Shown one piece after another: positions 20,828-30,754 of a stretch of 64,000 nucleotides of DNA. The stretch lies in the NCBI GenBank assembly GCA_049322915.1, contig JBMOPW010000007.1, positions 389,116 to 453,115 of the forward strand, written 5' to 3'. Made by a program: the position numbers and the translations under genes. The notes beneath the pieces were generated by a model. The model saw only the letters and a list, made by a program, of their open reading frames with translations. It was not told where the DNA came from and made no database searches. The DNA comes from Candidatus Zhuqueibacterota bacterium (GTDB lineage Bacteria > Zhuqueibacterota > Zhuqueibacteria > Thermofontimicrobiales > Thermofontimicrobiaceae). The stretch's first letter is position 1, and every line of letters begins with the position of its first letter.

Positions 20828-23743
20828 ATGAAACAAACTAACAGTCGAATCCGCAGCAGGGGCGCTGCGAAATTCAAGCATGTTTTCTTTTCTGCACTAC
20901 TATTTTCTGCAATCCTGTTGTGCACAGGTCTCACGTCTTCAGTTTTTGCACAAGAATTAAAAGGTAAAATTGCTGGTAAATTGGTCGACGCCGATACCGG
21001 CGATCCGCTGATCGGAGCGAATGTCATGTTGGAAGGAACGACGATTGGCATCTCCGCTGACCTGGATGGTTACTATCGGTTGCTCAATGTGGCGCCGGGT
21101 TCTTACACACTGGTCGTTCGCATGATGGGGTATACCGAGACAAAAATTACGGATGTAGTGGTTCAGGCGGATCAGACGACGATCATCAATGCGTCGTTGC
21201 AAACCGAAGTATTGAAGACCGAAGGCGTCACCGTCACAGCCAAAGCTGTCCGTAATACTGAAAGCCTGCTGCTGAAAGATCGGCAGAAGGCCGTTGCTCT
21301 GAGCGATGCAGTGAGCGCAGAAGCCATTTCCCAGGCTGGCGCCGGCGACGCTGCCGAAGCGGTGAAACAAATTACAGGCGCCTCAGTGGTTGGCGGTAAA
21401 TATGTCTACGTCCGCGGGCTTGGCGACCGATACACATCCACGCAACTGAATGGCGCGTCTATTCCGAGCACGGATCCGTACAAACGATCCGGCTCCATCG
21501 ACCTGGTTCCCACGAACCTCATCGACAATATCGTCACCGTGAAAAGCTTCACCCCAGACAAGCCCGGCGATTTCTCCGGCGGCACGGTGGATATTAAAAC
21601 AAAAGATTTTCCTGAAGAATTGAAAATCGAGTTTGCGTCGTCAGCGGCGTACAACACGGTCACCACGTTCAAAGATGGGAAAAACACCATCGGCTATAAA
21701 GGCGGAGATATGGACTGGCTCGGAATAGACGATGGTTCCCGATCAGTGCCGGACTATGTCAAATCGAACGGTGTGCCTTATTACGATAATTCTTCTTCCA
21801 ACAGCCTGAATCAACTGTCGTTGGCCACTAAATCATTCAGCAAGCAGATGTGGACAGAGCAGATCACTCCTTCTCTCAATCAAAGTTACTCTCTTTCCAT
21901 CGGCAATCAGATTGAGTTATTCGGGCGACCGTTCGGATTCATCGGCAGTGTGTCTTACAGCAATGCCTACTCCGCTTACAACAATGGACAGTACAATGCC
22001 TGGAACCTGTTGGAAGACTCATCCAAAGTGCTCAATCAGCTTTATACATACAACCATTTCAAGACAAGTCAGGAAGTGCTGTTAGGAACATTATTCAAAG
22101 GCTCCTACAAACTGACCAACACAGATATTGTGAGTTTGAATTTTATTTATAATATCAACGGCACCAGCAGTGCGGATTATTACGAAGGCCATTATGAATA
22201 CGACAAATTGGATGGCGACGATCTGCACCAAAATCATGTGCTGGGCTACAGCGAACGAAAGTTGACCTCGTTACTACTGAACGGCGACCATCAATTCGAT
22301 AAGCTGCTGGGACTCCGATTTGATTGGAAAGCATCCTACGCTGAGACAAAACAGGATGAACCGGATTTGCGCTACTTCACCACCTATACCATGATCGAAG
22401 ACGGCGAAACAATACCGGGCGTGTTTGCCAATCTCGTACCGCAACGTTTCTACCGCTATCTGAATGAAGATAACACGGAGTTTTCTGCCAACTTCCTGCT
22501 GCCGTTCAACCAGTGGTCTGGCAAGAAATCAACCCTGAAATTCGGCGGTTTATATTCGAATAAGAATCGGGCGTTCAGCGAATTGAACTACAGCTACAGC
22601 TTCTACAAGGGATATAATGGCGATCCTGAAGCCTATTTTTCCGATGACAATATGGAGCCGGATTCATCCGTGGTGGTCATCAATGGGACACCCTGGGTGA
22701 CGCGGGACATGGACCTCTACATCGAAGAAGGCAACATGGGGACCAATGATTATACCGGCGAGCAGATCGTAAACGCACAATACGCCATGGTCGAACTGCC
22801 GATCTCCTCGAAGTTGCGATTCATCGGTGGCGCGCGCTATGAAAACACGGACATGGAGTTGATCAGCACAGACGATCGAAAAGCCGATGGTAAAATTTCC
22901 ACGCAGGATGTGCTGCCGTCCGTCAATTTCATCTACAGCGTGAACGACAACATGAACCTGCGGATGAGCGCCACGCGGTCGCTGGCTCGTCCCACGCTCC
23001 GCGAATTGGCGCCGTATGCTTCCTATGACTTTGTGGTAGGTTTCACAGCCATCGGAAATCCCGAATTGAAACGAACGCTGATTGATAATTATGATATTCG
23101 CTGGGAATGGTTTTCCCGTCCGGGCGAAATTTATGCAGTGAGCGCATTCTTCAAAGATTTCGAAGACCCAATCGAAAAAGCGTTCATCGTCTCCGCTTCG
23201 AACCGGGAGATTACCTGGAAGAATGTGGATCATGCCAGAACCATGGGTATCGAATTTGAGGTTCGGAAAAAGCTGGACATTCTGACTTCGAAATTGAGCA
23301 ACTACACAATCGGATCGAATCTCTCGCTGGTGCAGTCTGAGGTGCAGATTCCGGCCGATGAATTGGCGCACATTCGGATCAAACGACCTGATTTCTCCGG
23401 CACCCGTGAACTGGAAGGCCAATCACCATTCCTGTTGAACTTGAATCTCAGTTACGATAATTTTGACAATGGCCTGTTCTGGAATGTGTATTACAATGTT
23501 TTTGGAAAACGACTTTCGGAAGTTAGCAAAGACGGGACGCCGTTTGTGTATGAACAACCAGTCCATACGTTAAATGCAAACCTCAGTGTAAAAATTGCCA
23601 AGCATCTTAAACTCAAAGTTTCAGGTAAGAACCTGTTGGATTCTGAATTTAAGAAGACTCACGAGTATGAAGGCGCTGAATATATCTTCAGATCGTATAC
23701 CATTGGCCGAACATTTTCAATGGGATTTTCATACAGCTTATAA
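20828..23743 (+). CDS. TonB-dependent receptor with N-terminal carboxypeptidase-regulatory-like domain
   Basis: GDPLIGANV, plug YVYVRGLGDRY..LNG, FSGGTVDIKT, GNPELK, C-terminal GRTFSMGFSYSL. Confidence 0.92.
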   Translation: MKQTNSRIRSRGAAKFKHVFFSALLFSAILLCTGLTSSVFAQELKGKIAGKLVDADTGDPLIGANVMLEGTTIGISADLDGYYRLLNVAPGSYTLVVRMMGYTETKITDVVVQADQTTIINASLQTEVLKTEGVTVTAKAVRNTESLLLKDRQKAVALSDAVSAEAISQAGAGDAAEAVKQITGASVVGGKYVYVRGLGDRYTSTQLNGASIPSTDPYKRSGSIDLVPTNLIDNIVTVKSFTPDKPGDFSGGTVDIKTKDFPEELKIEFASSAAYNTVTTFKDGKNTIGYKGGDMDWLGIDDGSRSVPDYVKSNGVPYYDNSSSNSLNQLSLATKSFSKQMWTEQITPSLNQSYSLSIGNQIELFGRPFGFIGSVSYSNAYSAYNNGQYNAWNLLEDSSKVLNQLYTYNHFKTSQEVLLGTLFKGSYKLTNTDIVSLNFIYNINGTSSADYYEGHYEYDKLDGDDLHQNHVLGYSERKLTSLLLNGDHQFDKLLGLRFDWKASYAETKQDEPDLRYFTTYTMIEDGETIPGVFANLVPQRFYRYLNEDNTEFSANFLLPFNQWSGKKSTLKFGGLYSNKNRAFSELNYSYSFYKGYNGDPEAYFSDDNMEPDSSVVVINGTPWVTRDMDLYIEEGNMGTNDYTGEQIVNAQYAMVELPISSKLRFIGGARYENTDMELISTDDRKADGKISTQDVLPSVNFIYSVNDNMNLRMSATRSLARPTLRELAPYASYDFVVGFTAIGNPELKRTLIDNYDIRWEWFSRPGEIYAVSAFFKDFEDPIEKAFIVSASNREITWKNVDHARTMGIEFEVRKKLDILTSKLSNYTIGSNLSLVQSEVQIPADELAHIRIKRPDFSGTRELEGQSPFLLNLNLSYDNFDNGLFWNVYYNVFGKRLSEVSKDGTPFVYEQPVHTLNANLSVKIAKHLKLKVSGKNLLDSEFKKTHEYEGAEYIFRSYTIGRTFSMGFSYSL

Positions 23744-23902
23744 ATCCGTTTAAATAAGAAATACGCCCTGGTTAAAAAGTACTTCATTCGTGAGTGATTC
23801 TTAATATGGTGAATGGCTTTATTTAGACTGAGAAAAATGATGATAAATCAATCAATTCAATTTATTAAATGTTTAACTGTTAATTTATTCAGGAGGAAAC
23901 GA

Positions 23903-26890
23903 ATGAAGTACTTGAAACCACTTATGATTCTCGCGTTGTCAGTATTGGTGACGTCGCTGGCATTTGCAGGATCAGATGAGTATCTGGAAAAAGTGAACTA
24001 TCGGGGAGCATTTGGCGCTTCGAACTGGGCGGCCGGCTGGACAGGCATGTCCGAATATGGCTTCTTTGCATTATCAGTTGCGACGCCTGGTGACGTTGTG
24101 ACCGTCACCGACGCGGATATCGCCCCGGGCGAAACCGTTGTCTGGACAGCTGATAAAGTATGGTTGCTGGATGGTCGCGTGTTCGTCGATGACGGCGCCA
24201 CATTGATCATCGAAGCCGGCACGGTCATCAAAGCCAAACCAGGACAGCAGGAAAGCTCCAGCGTGTTGATCGTTGCCCGCGGCGGCAAGATTTACGCCGA
24301 AGGTACCCCTGAAAAACCTATTATTTTCACCTCTGAGAATGATGATTTATCCAATCCGACCGTACCTCCAGCCACAGCCAAAGGGTTGTGGGGCGGACTG
24401 ATCGTTCTTGGAAAAGCGCGAATCAATCATCCCAATGGCGAGACCAATATTGAAGGCATCCCGACCACCGATTCTCGAGGCTTATACGGCGGCGCCGATG
24501 ATGAAGATTGCTCAGGCGTTCTGCGATACGTATCGATTCGACACGGCGGTACGGAGATTGGCGAAGGCAATGAGATCAATGGTTTGACCATGGGCGCAGT
24601 TGGCCGCGGCACGACGATCAGCCACGTGGAAGTATTCTCCAATAAAGATGATGGATTTGAATGGTTTGGCGGCACAGTGAACTGCGATCACCTGGTGTCA
24701 GCGTTCTGCGGAGACGATGCATTTGATATCGACGAAGGCTTGCGGAATAAGATGCAGTTTCTGTTTGCGATCCAATCGGACAGCACTGGCGATTTGTGCG
24801 CGGAACATGATGGCGCGCCCGAGTCCAGCGTGGCGACAGCTGATCCGTTGTCATACACAGTGGTTTACAATGCGACCTATCTTGGCGGCGGCATGAGCGG
24901 CGCCAATGGAGCGAGTGTGATGCGACTCCGCGAGAAGTTTGGGGGCGCTTACATGAATTCGATATTCGGCGACTACAATGGTTACGGTGTTCGCGTGGAT
25001 GACGATCAGACGCCGCACGATGCATCGGATCGAATGGCTGCCGGCGAGTTGACGGTTGGCAACAATATCTGGTTCAATTTTTCCAAAGGCAATACGGTAG
25101 AAGCGGTTGCCAATAACAAGGCGTTTTTGGTGAATCATCTGGCTGCCAATCACAATGATCTGGCTGACCCGATGTTGAACAGCATCAGCCGCGCTCAGGA
25201 CAATGGCCTGGATCCCCGTCCGGCTGTCGATGGCCCGGCATTCAATAACCTGGCTTCGCTGCCCGCTGATGAAGATTTCTTCGAACATGTCCCGTATCGC
25301 GGCGCGTTTGGCGCAACGAACTGGGCTGCCGGCTGGTCAGCTCTTGCTCATTACGGATTTTTCTCTCAGCCCACTCCTCGTGGGACCGAGATTGTGACCG
25401 TCACCGACGCGGATATCGCCCCGGGCGAAACCGTTGTCTGGACGGCTGATAAAGTATGGTTGCTGGATGGTCGCGTGTTCGTCGATGACGGCGCCACATT
25501 GATCATCGAAGCCGGCACGGTCGTCAAAGCCAAACCGGGACAGCAGGAAAGCTCCAGCGTGTTGATCGTTGCCCGCGGCGGCAAAATCTACGCCGAAGGA
25601 AACGTAACGCTTGACGCTGGTATCATCAAATCCAATCCCATTATTTTCACCTCTGAGAATGATGATTTATCCAATCCGACCGTACCTCCAGCCACAGCCA
25701 AAGGGTTGTGGGGCGGACTGATCGTTCTTGGAAAAGCGCGAATCAATCATCCCAATGGCGAGACCAATATTGAAGGCATCCCGACCACCGATTCTCGAGG
25801 CTTATACGGCGGCGCCGATGATGAAGATTGCTCAGGCGTTCTGCGATACGTATCGATTCGACACGGCGGTACGGAGATTGGCGAAGGCAATGAGATCAAT
25901 GGTTTGACCATGGGCGCAGTTGGCCGCGGCACGACGATCAGCCACGTGGAAGTATTCTCCAATAAAGATGATGGATTTGAATGGTTTGGCGGCACAGTGA
26001 ACTGCGATCACCTGGTGTCAGCGTTCTGCGGAGACGATGCATTTGATATCGACGAAGGCTTGCGGAATAAGATGCAGTTTCTGTTTGCGATCCAATCGGA
26101 CAGCACTGGCGATTTGTGCGCGGAACATGATGGCGCGCCCGAGTCCAGCGTGGCGACAGCTGATCCGTTGTCATACACAGTGGTTTACAATGCGACCTAT
26201 CTTGGCGGCGGCATGAGCGGCGCCAATGGAGCGAGTGTGATGCGACTCCGCGAGAAGTTTGGGGGCGCTTACATGAATTCGATATTCGGCGACTACAATG
26301 GTTACGGTGTTCGCGTGGATGACGATCAGACGCCGCACGATGCATCGGATCGAATGGCTGCCGGCGAGTTGACGGTTGGCAACAATATCTGGTTCAATTT
26401 TTCCAAAGGCAATACGGTAGAAGCGGTTGCCAATAACAAGGCGTTTTTGGTGAATCATCTGGCTGCCAATCACAATGATCTGGCTGACCCGATGTTGAAC
26501 AGCATCAGCCGCGCTCAGGACAATGGCCTGGATCCCCGTCCGGCTGTCGATGGCCCGGCATTCAATAACCTGGCTGAAATCATGACTCGCGTCCGGTACA
26601 TCTCCTACGACTCGAATGTGATTCCTGAAAATTTCAACCTGTCTCAGAATTACCCGAATCCATTCAACCCGACAACCACGATTGAATTCACCCTTCCGAT
26701 GACTTCGAACGTAAAATTGAGCGTCTACAATCTGCTTGGCCAGAATGTGGGCACATTGCTCTCGGGCGATCTGAACGCGGGTGTGCATAGAATTCAGTGG
26801 GACGCTTCCAGTTTACCGAGCGGTATGTACATCTACCGCCTCGAAGCGGGCTCCACGGTTTTGAATAAAAAACTGACATTGTTGAAGTAA
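23903..26890 (+). CDS. Secreted protein with two tandem beta-rich domains and T9SS type A C-terminal sorting domain
   Basis: RBS aggagg, signal peptide, two copies of SGVLRYVSIRHGG..EINGLTMGAVGRGT..DDGFEWFGG; LSQNYPNPFNPTT..SGMYIYRL..KKLTLLK. Confidence 0.85.
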   Translation: MKYLKPLMILALSVLVTSLAFAGSDEYLEKVNYRGAFGASNWAAGWTGMSEYGFFALSVATPGDVVTVTDADIAPGETVVWTADKVWLLDGRVFVDDGATLIIEAGTVIKAKPGQQESSSVLIVARGGKIYAEGTPEKPIIFTSENDDLSNPTVPPATAKGLWGGLIVLGKARINHPNGETNIEGIPTTDSRGLYGGADDEDCSGVLRYVSIRHGGTEIGEGNEINGLTMGAVGRGTTISHVEVFSNKDDGFEWFGGTVNCDHLVSAFCGDDAFDIDEGLRNKMQFLFAIQSDSTGDLCAEHDGAPESSVATADPLSYTVVYNATYLGGGMSGANGASVMRLREKFGGAYMNSIFGDYNGYGVRVDDDQTPHDASDRMAAGELTVGNNIWFNFSKGNTVEAVANNKAFLVNHLAANHNDLADPMLNSISRAQDNGLDPRPAVDGPAFNNLASLPADEDFFEHVPYRGAFGATNWAAGWSALAHYGFFSQPTPRGTEIVTVTDADIAPGETVVWTADKVWLLDGRVFVDDGATLIIEAGTVVKAKPGQQESSSVLIVARGGKIYAEGNVTLDAGIIKSNPIIFTSENDDLSNPTVPPATAKGLWGGLIVLGKARINHPNGETNIEGIPTTDSRGLYGGADDEDCSGVLRYVSIRHGGTEIGEGNEINGLTMGAVGRGTTISHVEVFSNKDDGFEWFGGTVNCDHLVSAFCGDDAFDIDEGLRNKMQFLFAIQSDSTGDLCAEHDGAPESSVATADPLSYTVVYNATYLGGGMSGANGASVMRLREKFGGAYMNSIFGDYNGYGVRVDDDQTPHDASDRMAAGELTVGNNIWFNFSKGNTVEAVANNKAFLVNHLAANHNDLADPMLNSISRAQDNGLDPRPAVDGPAFNNLAEIMTRVRYISYDSNVIPENFNLSQNYPNPFNPTTTIEFTLPMTSNVKLSVYNLLGQNVGTLLSGDLNAGVHRIQWDASSLPSGMYIYRLEAGSTVLNKKLTLLK
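24096..26575 (+). repeat. Intragenic direct duplication (24096-25255 vs 25392-26575)
   Basis: 24320-25255 reads identical to 25640-26575 (offset 1320); preceding ~200 bp nearly identical (offset 1296). Confidence 0.95.
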
Positions 26891-26936
26891 GAGTAGCCCC
26901 TCTTATAGTTTTACCTCTTAATACTCTTATTCTAGA

Positions 26937-26971
26937 AAGCCAGTGGGTATTCTTTCCCGCTGGCTTTTTTT
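26937..26971 (+). terminator. Intrinsic terminator
   Basis: aagccagtggg...cccgctggctt followed by T-run. Confidence 0.8.
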
Positions 26972-27465
26972 ATTCTCGACCTATCTCAGCAGAGGACGGA
27001 TAGCTCGCTTCAGCGAACATGCCGGTCAATCGGCGAGACATTGTCTTCCGCTCACGTCCTATTTGTTTTATCGCCACGAAAACTCGAATTCACGAAGTTG
27101 CACAACGAAACACACTTATTTTTATTGAATAAAATTTAATTGTTCGATCTGGAATGGATTTGATTAAGTCAAATAGTCTCCTTCGAGTTATAGCGGCAGT
27201 TCCTGGTGATGTGACAAAGTCGAATTAACATGTTGCAAAATTTCCTGTTGACTATTCCCGTATTTTTTTGTATTATTGAGAAATCATTTTCCCAATCGCA
27301 TAGACTGGGTAAACGCCAGGCAATGGAAAGGACGAATGTCGCTATGCAGTCAGAACATGGCAGCGCAGGCGTTCGAATCGCTGGCGGCCTCTATCGTGAG
27401 TTATCTGGAAGTAAATATTCAACGAAACACATTGAACATCGGAAACGGGAAATTTCCAATCCTCT

Positions 27466-27495
27466 GTTAACATGGTTGTAACTTTAGTTTAGTAA
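27466..27495 (+). promoter_or_regulatory. Pho-box-like repeats upstream of phoU-pst operon
   Basis: gttaacat 27466, tgtaactt 27477, tttagtaa 27488. Confidence 0.6.
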
Positions 27496-27692
27496 ACTTC
27501 CCGGCACCTTCATCTCAAAGTTTGCTGAAAAAGCGTTCAGCGCCAGGCAAATCAGAAACTTGGAAACCAAGACCCAATTCAGAAAACAAAACGTAACAGA
27601 AATTGGCGCAACAAAGTTAGCGCCCATTTTGAGGGACAGTCATTATGCGAGAAGACAAGACTCAATTATTGGATGATACGAGGAGTTTTGAC

Positions 27693-28796
27693 ATGTCGTC
27701 AATTTTGGAAGAGCGATTGAGGCGCGGCATTGATCTCATTCGCAACAAGGTTTCCGAGATGGCAATTCAAGCGGAGCGGGCCACCGAAGCCAGCCTGAAA
27801 TCGTTGACAGAGAACAATCGCAAACTCGCCTATGCGGTCATTTTGCGCGACCAGCGAATTGATCAACTGGAAAAGGAACTTGACCGTTTGTGCCTGGAGT
27901 TTCTCGTTCGGCAACAGCCCGTTGCCGGGCATCTGCGTTTTGTGTATGCGACAATAAAAATCAATACAGACCTGGAACGCATCGGCGACTATGCCGAGAG
28001 CATTGCCCGACAGGTGCTGTTCATCAGTTCCATTGATCGAAAAATTTCAATGAATCGATTCATCGAGATCGGGGAATTAGCTATTAAAATGCTGCACGAC
28101 GCGACTCGGTCGTTCATCGATCAGAATGCGGACCTGGCGCGAAAAACCATCGAATTGGAGAGACAGGTGGATTGGCTGCGCACGCAAATTCGCGTCGAAT
28201 TGTTGCAGCTACACCGCGATGGGAAAATAACGCTGGAAGAGATCATCCCCATGCTGGTGATTGCCGCCCGGTTCGAGCGCGTGGCTGACCAATCGGTGAA
28301 TATTTGTGAAGAAGTGCTGTACATTTGTACCGGCGAAGTGCTGAAGCACTCCGGGCTGGAGACCTTCCGCGTGCTTTTCCTTTCCAAAGGAAATTCAATG
28401 CGGAGCCAGATGGCAGAGGGAATTGCCAATTCACTGGGCATGGAACAGTTCGTTTTCACCAGCGCTGGACTGACCCCACGTCTGGTCGATCCCCGGGTTG
28501 TCAGTTACATGAAGAAAAAGGGCATCGATATTTCCATGCAAAATTCCAAATCGATTCAACAAGTCCCCAATCTCGAACATTATCAGGTCATTATCCTGCT
28601 CAGTAAAGAAGTGGAAGAGTCGGCTCCGATTTTGCCGGCCAAGTCCATTATGCTGCAATGGCTCACGCCGGATCCTTCCTACGCGGAGGGTTCCGTTGAC
28701 GAGATTGATAAAACATTCGACAAAACATTTGAATATCTGAACACTCATATCCGTGATTTTGTGCAGGCTGTACTGAGTGATGAAATGTATCCCTAA
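27693..28796 (+). CDS. phoU: PhoU fused to C-terminal ArsC/LMW-PTP-fold domain (alternative start 27645)
   Basis: PhoU QQPVAGHLR, DLERIGDYAESIA, FERVADQSVNICE; then VLFLSKGNSMRSQMAEG, SAG, W..PDP. Confidence 0.88.
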   Translation: MSSILEERLRRGIDLIRNKVSEMAIQAERATEASLKSLTENNRKLAYAVILRDQRIDQLEKELDRLCLEFLVRQQPVAGHLRFVYATIKINTDLERIGDYAESIARQVLFISSIDRKISMNRFIEIGELAIKMLHDATRSFIDQNADLARKTIELERQVDWLRTQIRVELLQLHRDGKITLEEIIPMLVIAARFERVADQSVNICEEVLYICTGEVLKHSGLETFRVLFLSKGNSMRSQMAEGIANSLGMEQFVFTSAGLTPRLVDPRVVSYMKKKGIDISMQNSKSIQQVPNLEHYQVIILLSKEVEESAPILPAKSIMLQWLTPDPSYAEGSVDEIDKTFDKTFEYLNTHIRDFVQAVLSDEMYP

Positions 28797-28815
28797 TTGA
28801 AATGGAGGAAGTACA

Positions 28816-29754
28816 ATGAATACACGCTATTTAAAATTGTTGGCAATCGGAAGCATGATTCTGCTTTCTGCCGGCTGCTCCAAAAAGACTGAAGAGAGCG
28901 GCAATGTTGCGACCGGCGACAAAGTGACTATCCAGAACATCGGCTCTGATACCATGGTGAATCTGGCGCAGGCCTGGTCCGAAGAGTATGCCAAAATTGA
29001 ACCCAATGTTTCGGTGGAAGTTTCCGGCGGCGGCTCCGGCACCGGGTTCGCAGCTCTTGTGAATGGCACCGTGGATATTGTGAACGCCAGTCGCGAAATT
29101 ACCACGGAAGAAAAAGAGAAGGCAACCGCCAATGCACAGGGCCAGACACCACAGGAATATATCGTCGGCTACGACGCGCTGGCAGTGTATGTGCACAAAG
29201 AAAATCCGCTGAATGAAATCAGCATCGAACAGCTTGCTGAAATTTACGGCGAAGGTGGCGCCATTGAAAAATGGTCGCAGTTGGGAATCACCAACACGGA
29301 ATGCCCCAATGACGAGATCATCAGGATCAGTCGTCAATCCAATTCCGGCACCTACATTTATTTCCGGGAACATGTCGTCGGCCAAACGCGCGATTTCAAA
29401 CTGGGCTCCACGGACCTGCACGGTTCCAAAGACGTGGTCGAACTCATTGGCAAAACACCCTGCGCAATCGGCTACAGCGGTATGGGCTACACCACGCCCG
29501 ATGTGAAAATGCTTAAAATATCTGCGAAGACCGGCGGAGTGGCAATTCCCGCTGAAGTTGAGACGACATTGAATAAGACTTATCCCATCGCTCGCCCGTT
29601 GTACCTGTACACGCACGGTGTTCCCAACGATGCCACTCAAAAATATATCAATTGGATCCTTTCAGATGCCGGGCAGTTGGTGATTGAACAAATCGGATAT
29701 GTCCCATTGCCAAAGACCCCTATTGAAACCCCGACGGCGCAGGAAGGGAAATAA
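28816..29754 (+). CDS. pstS: Phosphate ABC transporter substrate-binding lipoprotein
   Basis: Lipobox SAGC, GSDTM, GGGSGTG, RQSNSGTY, YPIARPLY. Confidence 0.92.
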   Translation: MNTRYLKLLAIGSMILLSAGCSKKTEESGNVATGDKVTIQNIGSDTMVNLAQAWSEEYAKIEPNVSVEVSGGGSGTGFAALVNGTVDIVNASREITTEEKEKATANAQGQTPQEYIVGYDALAVYVHKENPLNEISIEQLAEIYGEGGAIEKWSQLGITNTECPNDEIIRISRQSNSGTYIYFREHVVGQTRDFKLGSTDLHGSKDVVELIGKTPCAIGYSGMGYTTPDVKMLKISAKTGGVAIPAEVETTLNKTYPIARPLYLYTHGVPNDATQKYINWILSDAGQLVIEQIGYVPLPKTPIETPTAQEGK

Positions 29755-29760
29755 GCAAGC

Positions 29761-30651
29761 ATGAACTGGAGTCGTATCGAGGCTAAAACCGAACCGATCA
29801 TTGAACTCATCATTCGGCTATGCGGAATTAGTGCGATCATTTTTGTGTTCGGTATATTTTTCTTCGTATTCCGGGAAGGCGCAGATTTCCTGTTCAGCGG
29901 ATTGGACATCAAAGAATTCTTCACAAGCGTCGAATGGTATCCGAATTCATTCAGCAACAAGCGCTATGGCGTGCTGGCGTTGATCACTGGCACGGCCAGT
30001 GTCACGCTTCTGGCGATGGCCATCGCCGTGCCGTTTGGACTGGGATCCGCGATTTTCATCTCCGAATTTTGCAATCCCCGGATGAAAGAGATGCTGAAGA
30101 TTGTCATTGAACTTTTAGCGGCGATTCCATCCGTGGTCTGGGGATTCATTGGTTTGACCGTGATGAACCCGATCATCATCAACGTGTTTCACTCTTCCAT
30201 CGGCCTGAACATGCTCAACGGGGGCATTATCCTCGCGTTGATGAGCGTGCCCATCATTGTGTCCATTGGTGAAGATGCATTGAAGGCGGTGCCTGACTCG
30301 TTCCGCGAGGCGGCCATCGCCCTCGGCGCCACCCGCTGGCAGGTTGTGTACCGCGTGCTGCTCCCTGCCGCGCGAAATGGTCTGCTGGCGGCCGTGCTGC
30401 TTGGCATCGGACGCGCCGTGGGAGAGACAATGGCGGTGCTGATGGCGACTGGCCATGCCATCAAAATTCCTACCAGTGTCCTTGATTCAGTGCGTACATT
30501 AACGGCGACCATCGCCGCAGAATTGGGAGAAGCCGCAGAGCACTCGGAGCATTATCAGGTGCTGTTCATCATCGGTATCCTGCTTTTTATGATCACCTTC
30601 GCAGTGAATCTCATCGCGGATCTGGTAGTGAAAGGAGTGCGGGAGAAATAG
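29761..30651 (+). CDS. pstC: Phosphate ABC transporter permease
   Basis: IELLAAIPSVVWG, EAAIALGATRWQ, RAVGETMAV. Confidence 0.93.
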   Translation: MNWSRIEAKTEPIIELIIRLCGISAIIFVFGIFFFVFREGADFLFSGLDIKEFFTSVEWYPNSFSNKRYGVLALITGTASVTLLAMAIAVPFGLGSAIFISEFCNPRMKEMLKIVIELLAAIPSVVWGFIGLTVMNPIIINVFHSSIGLNMLNGGIILALMSVPIIVSIGEDALKAVPDSFREAAIALGATRWQVVYRVLLPAARNGLLAAVLLGIGRAVGETMAVLMATGHAIKIPTSVLDSVRTLTATIAAELGEAAEHSEHYQVLFIIGILLFMITFAVNLIADLVVKGVREK

Positions 30652-30754
30652 CGCTGCGCAGAGAATATTTCGAACGTGCGCCAATCGGTTCAATCAAAAT
30701 TACCAACAGGGAGGTTTTCCAGGGCATGAAATCATCGAATAATTGCATCACGTT

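Noticed and set aside
24096..26575. Duplication as a DGR template/variable repeat pair
   Set aside because: No reverse transcriptase in the window, copies are identical over most of their length, and differences are not adenine-specific
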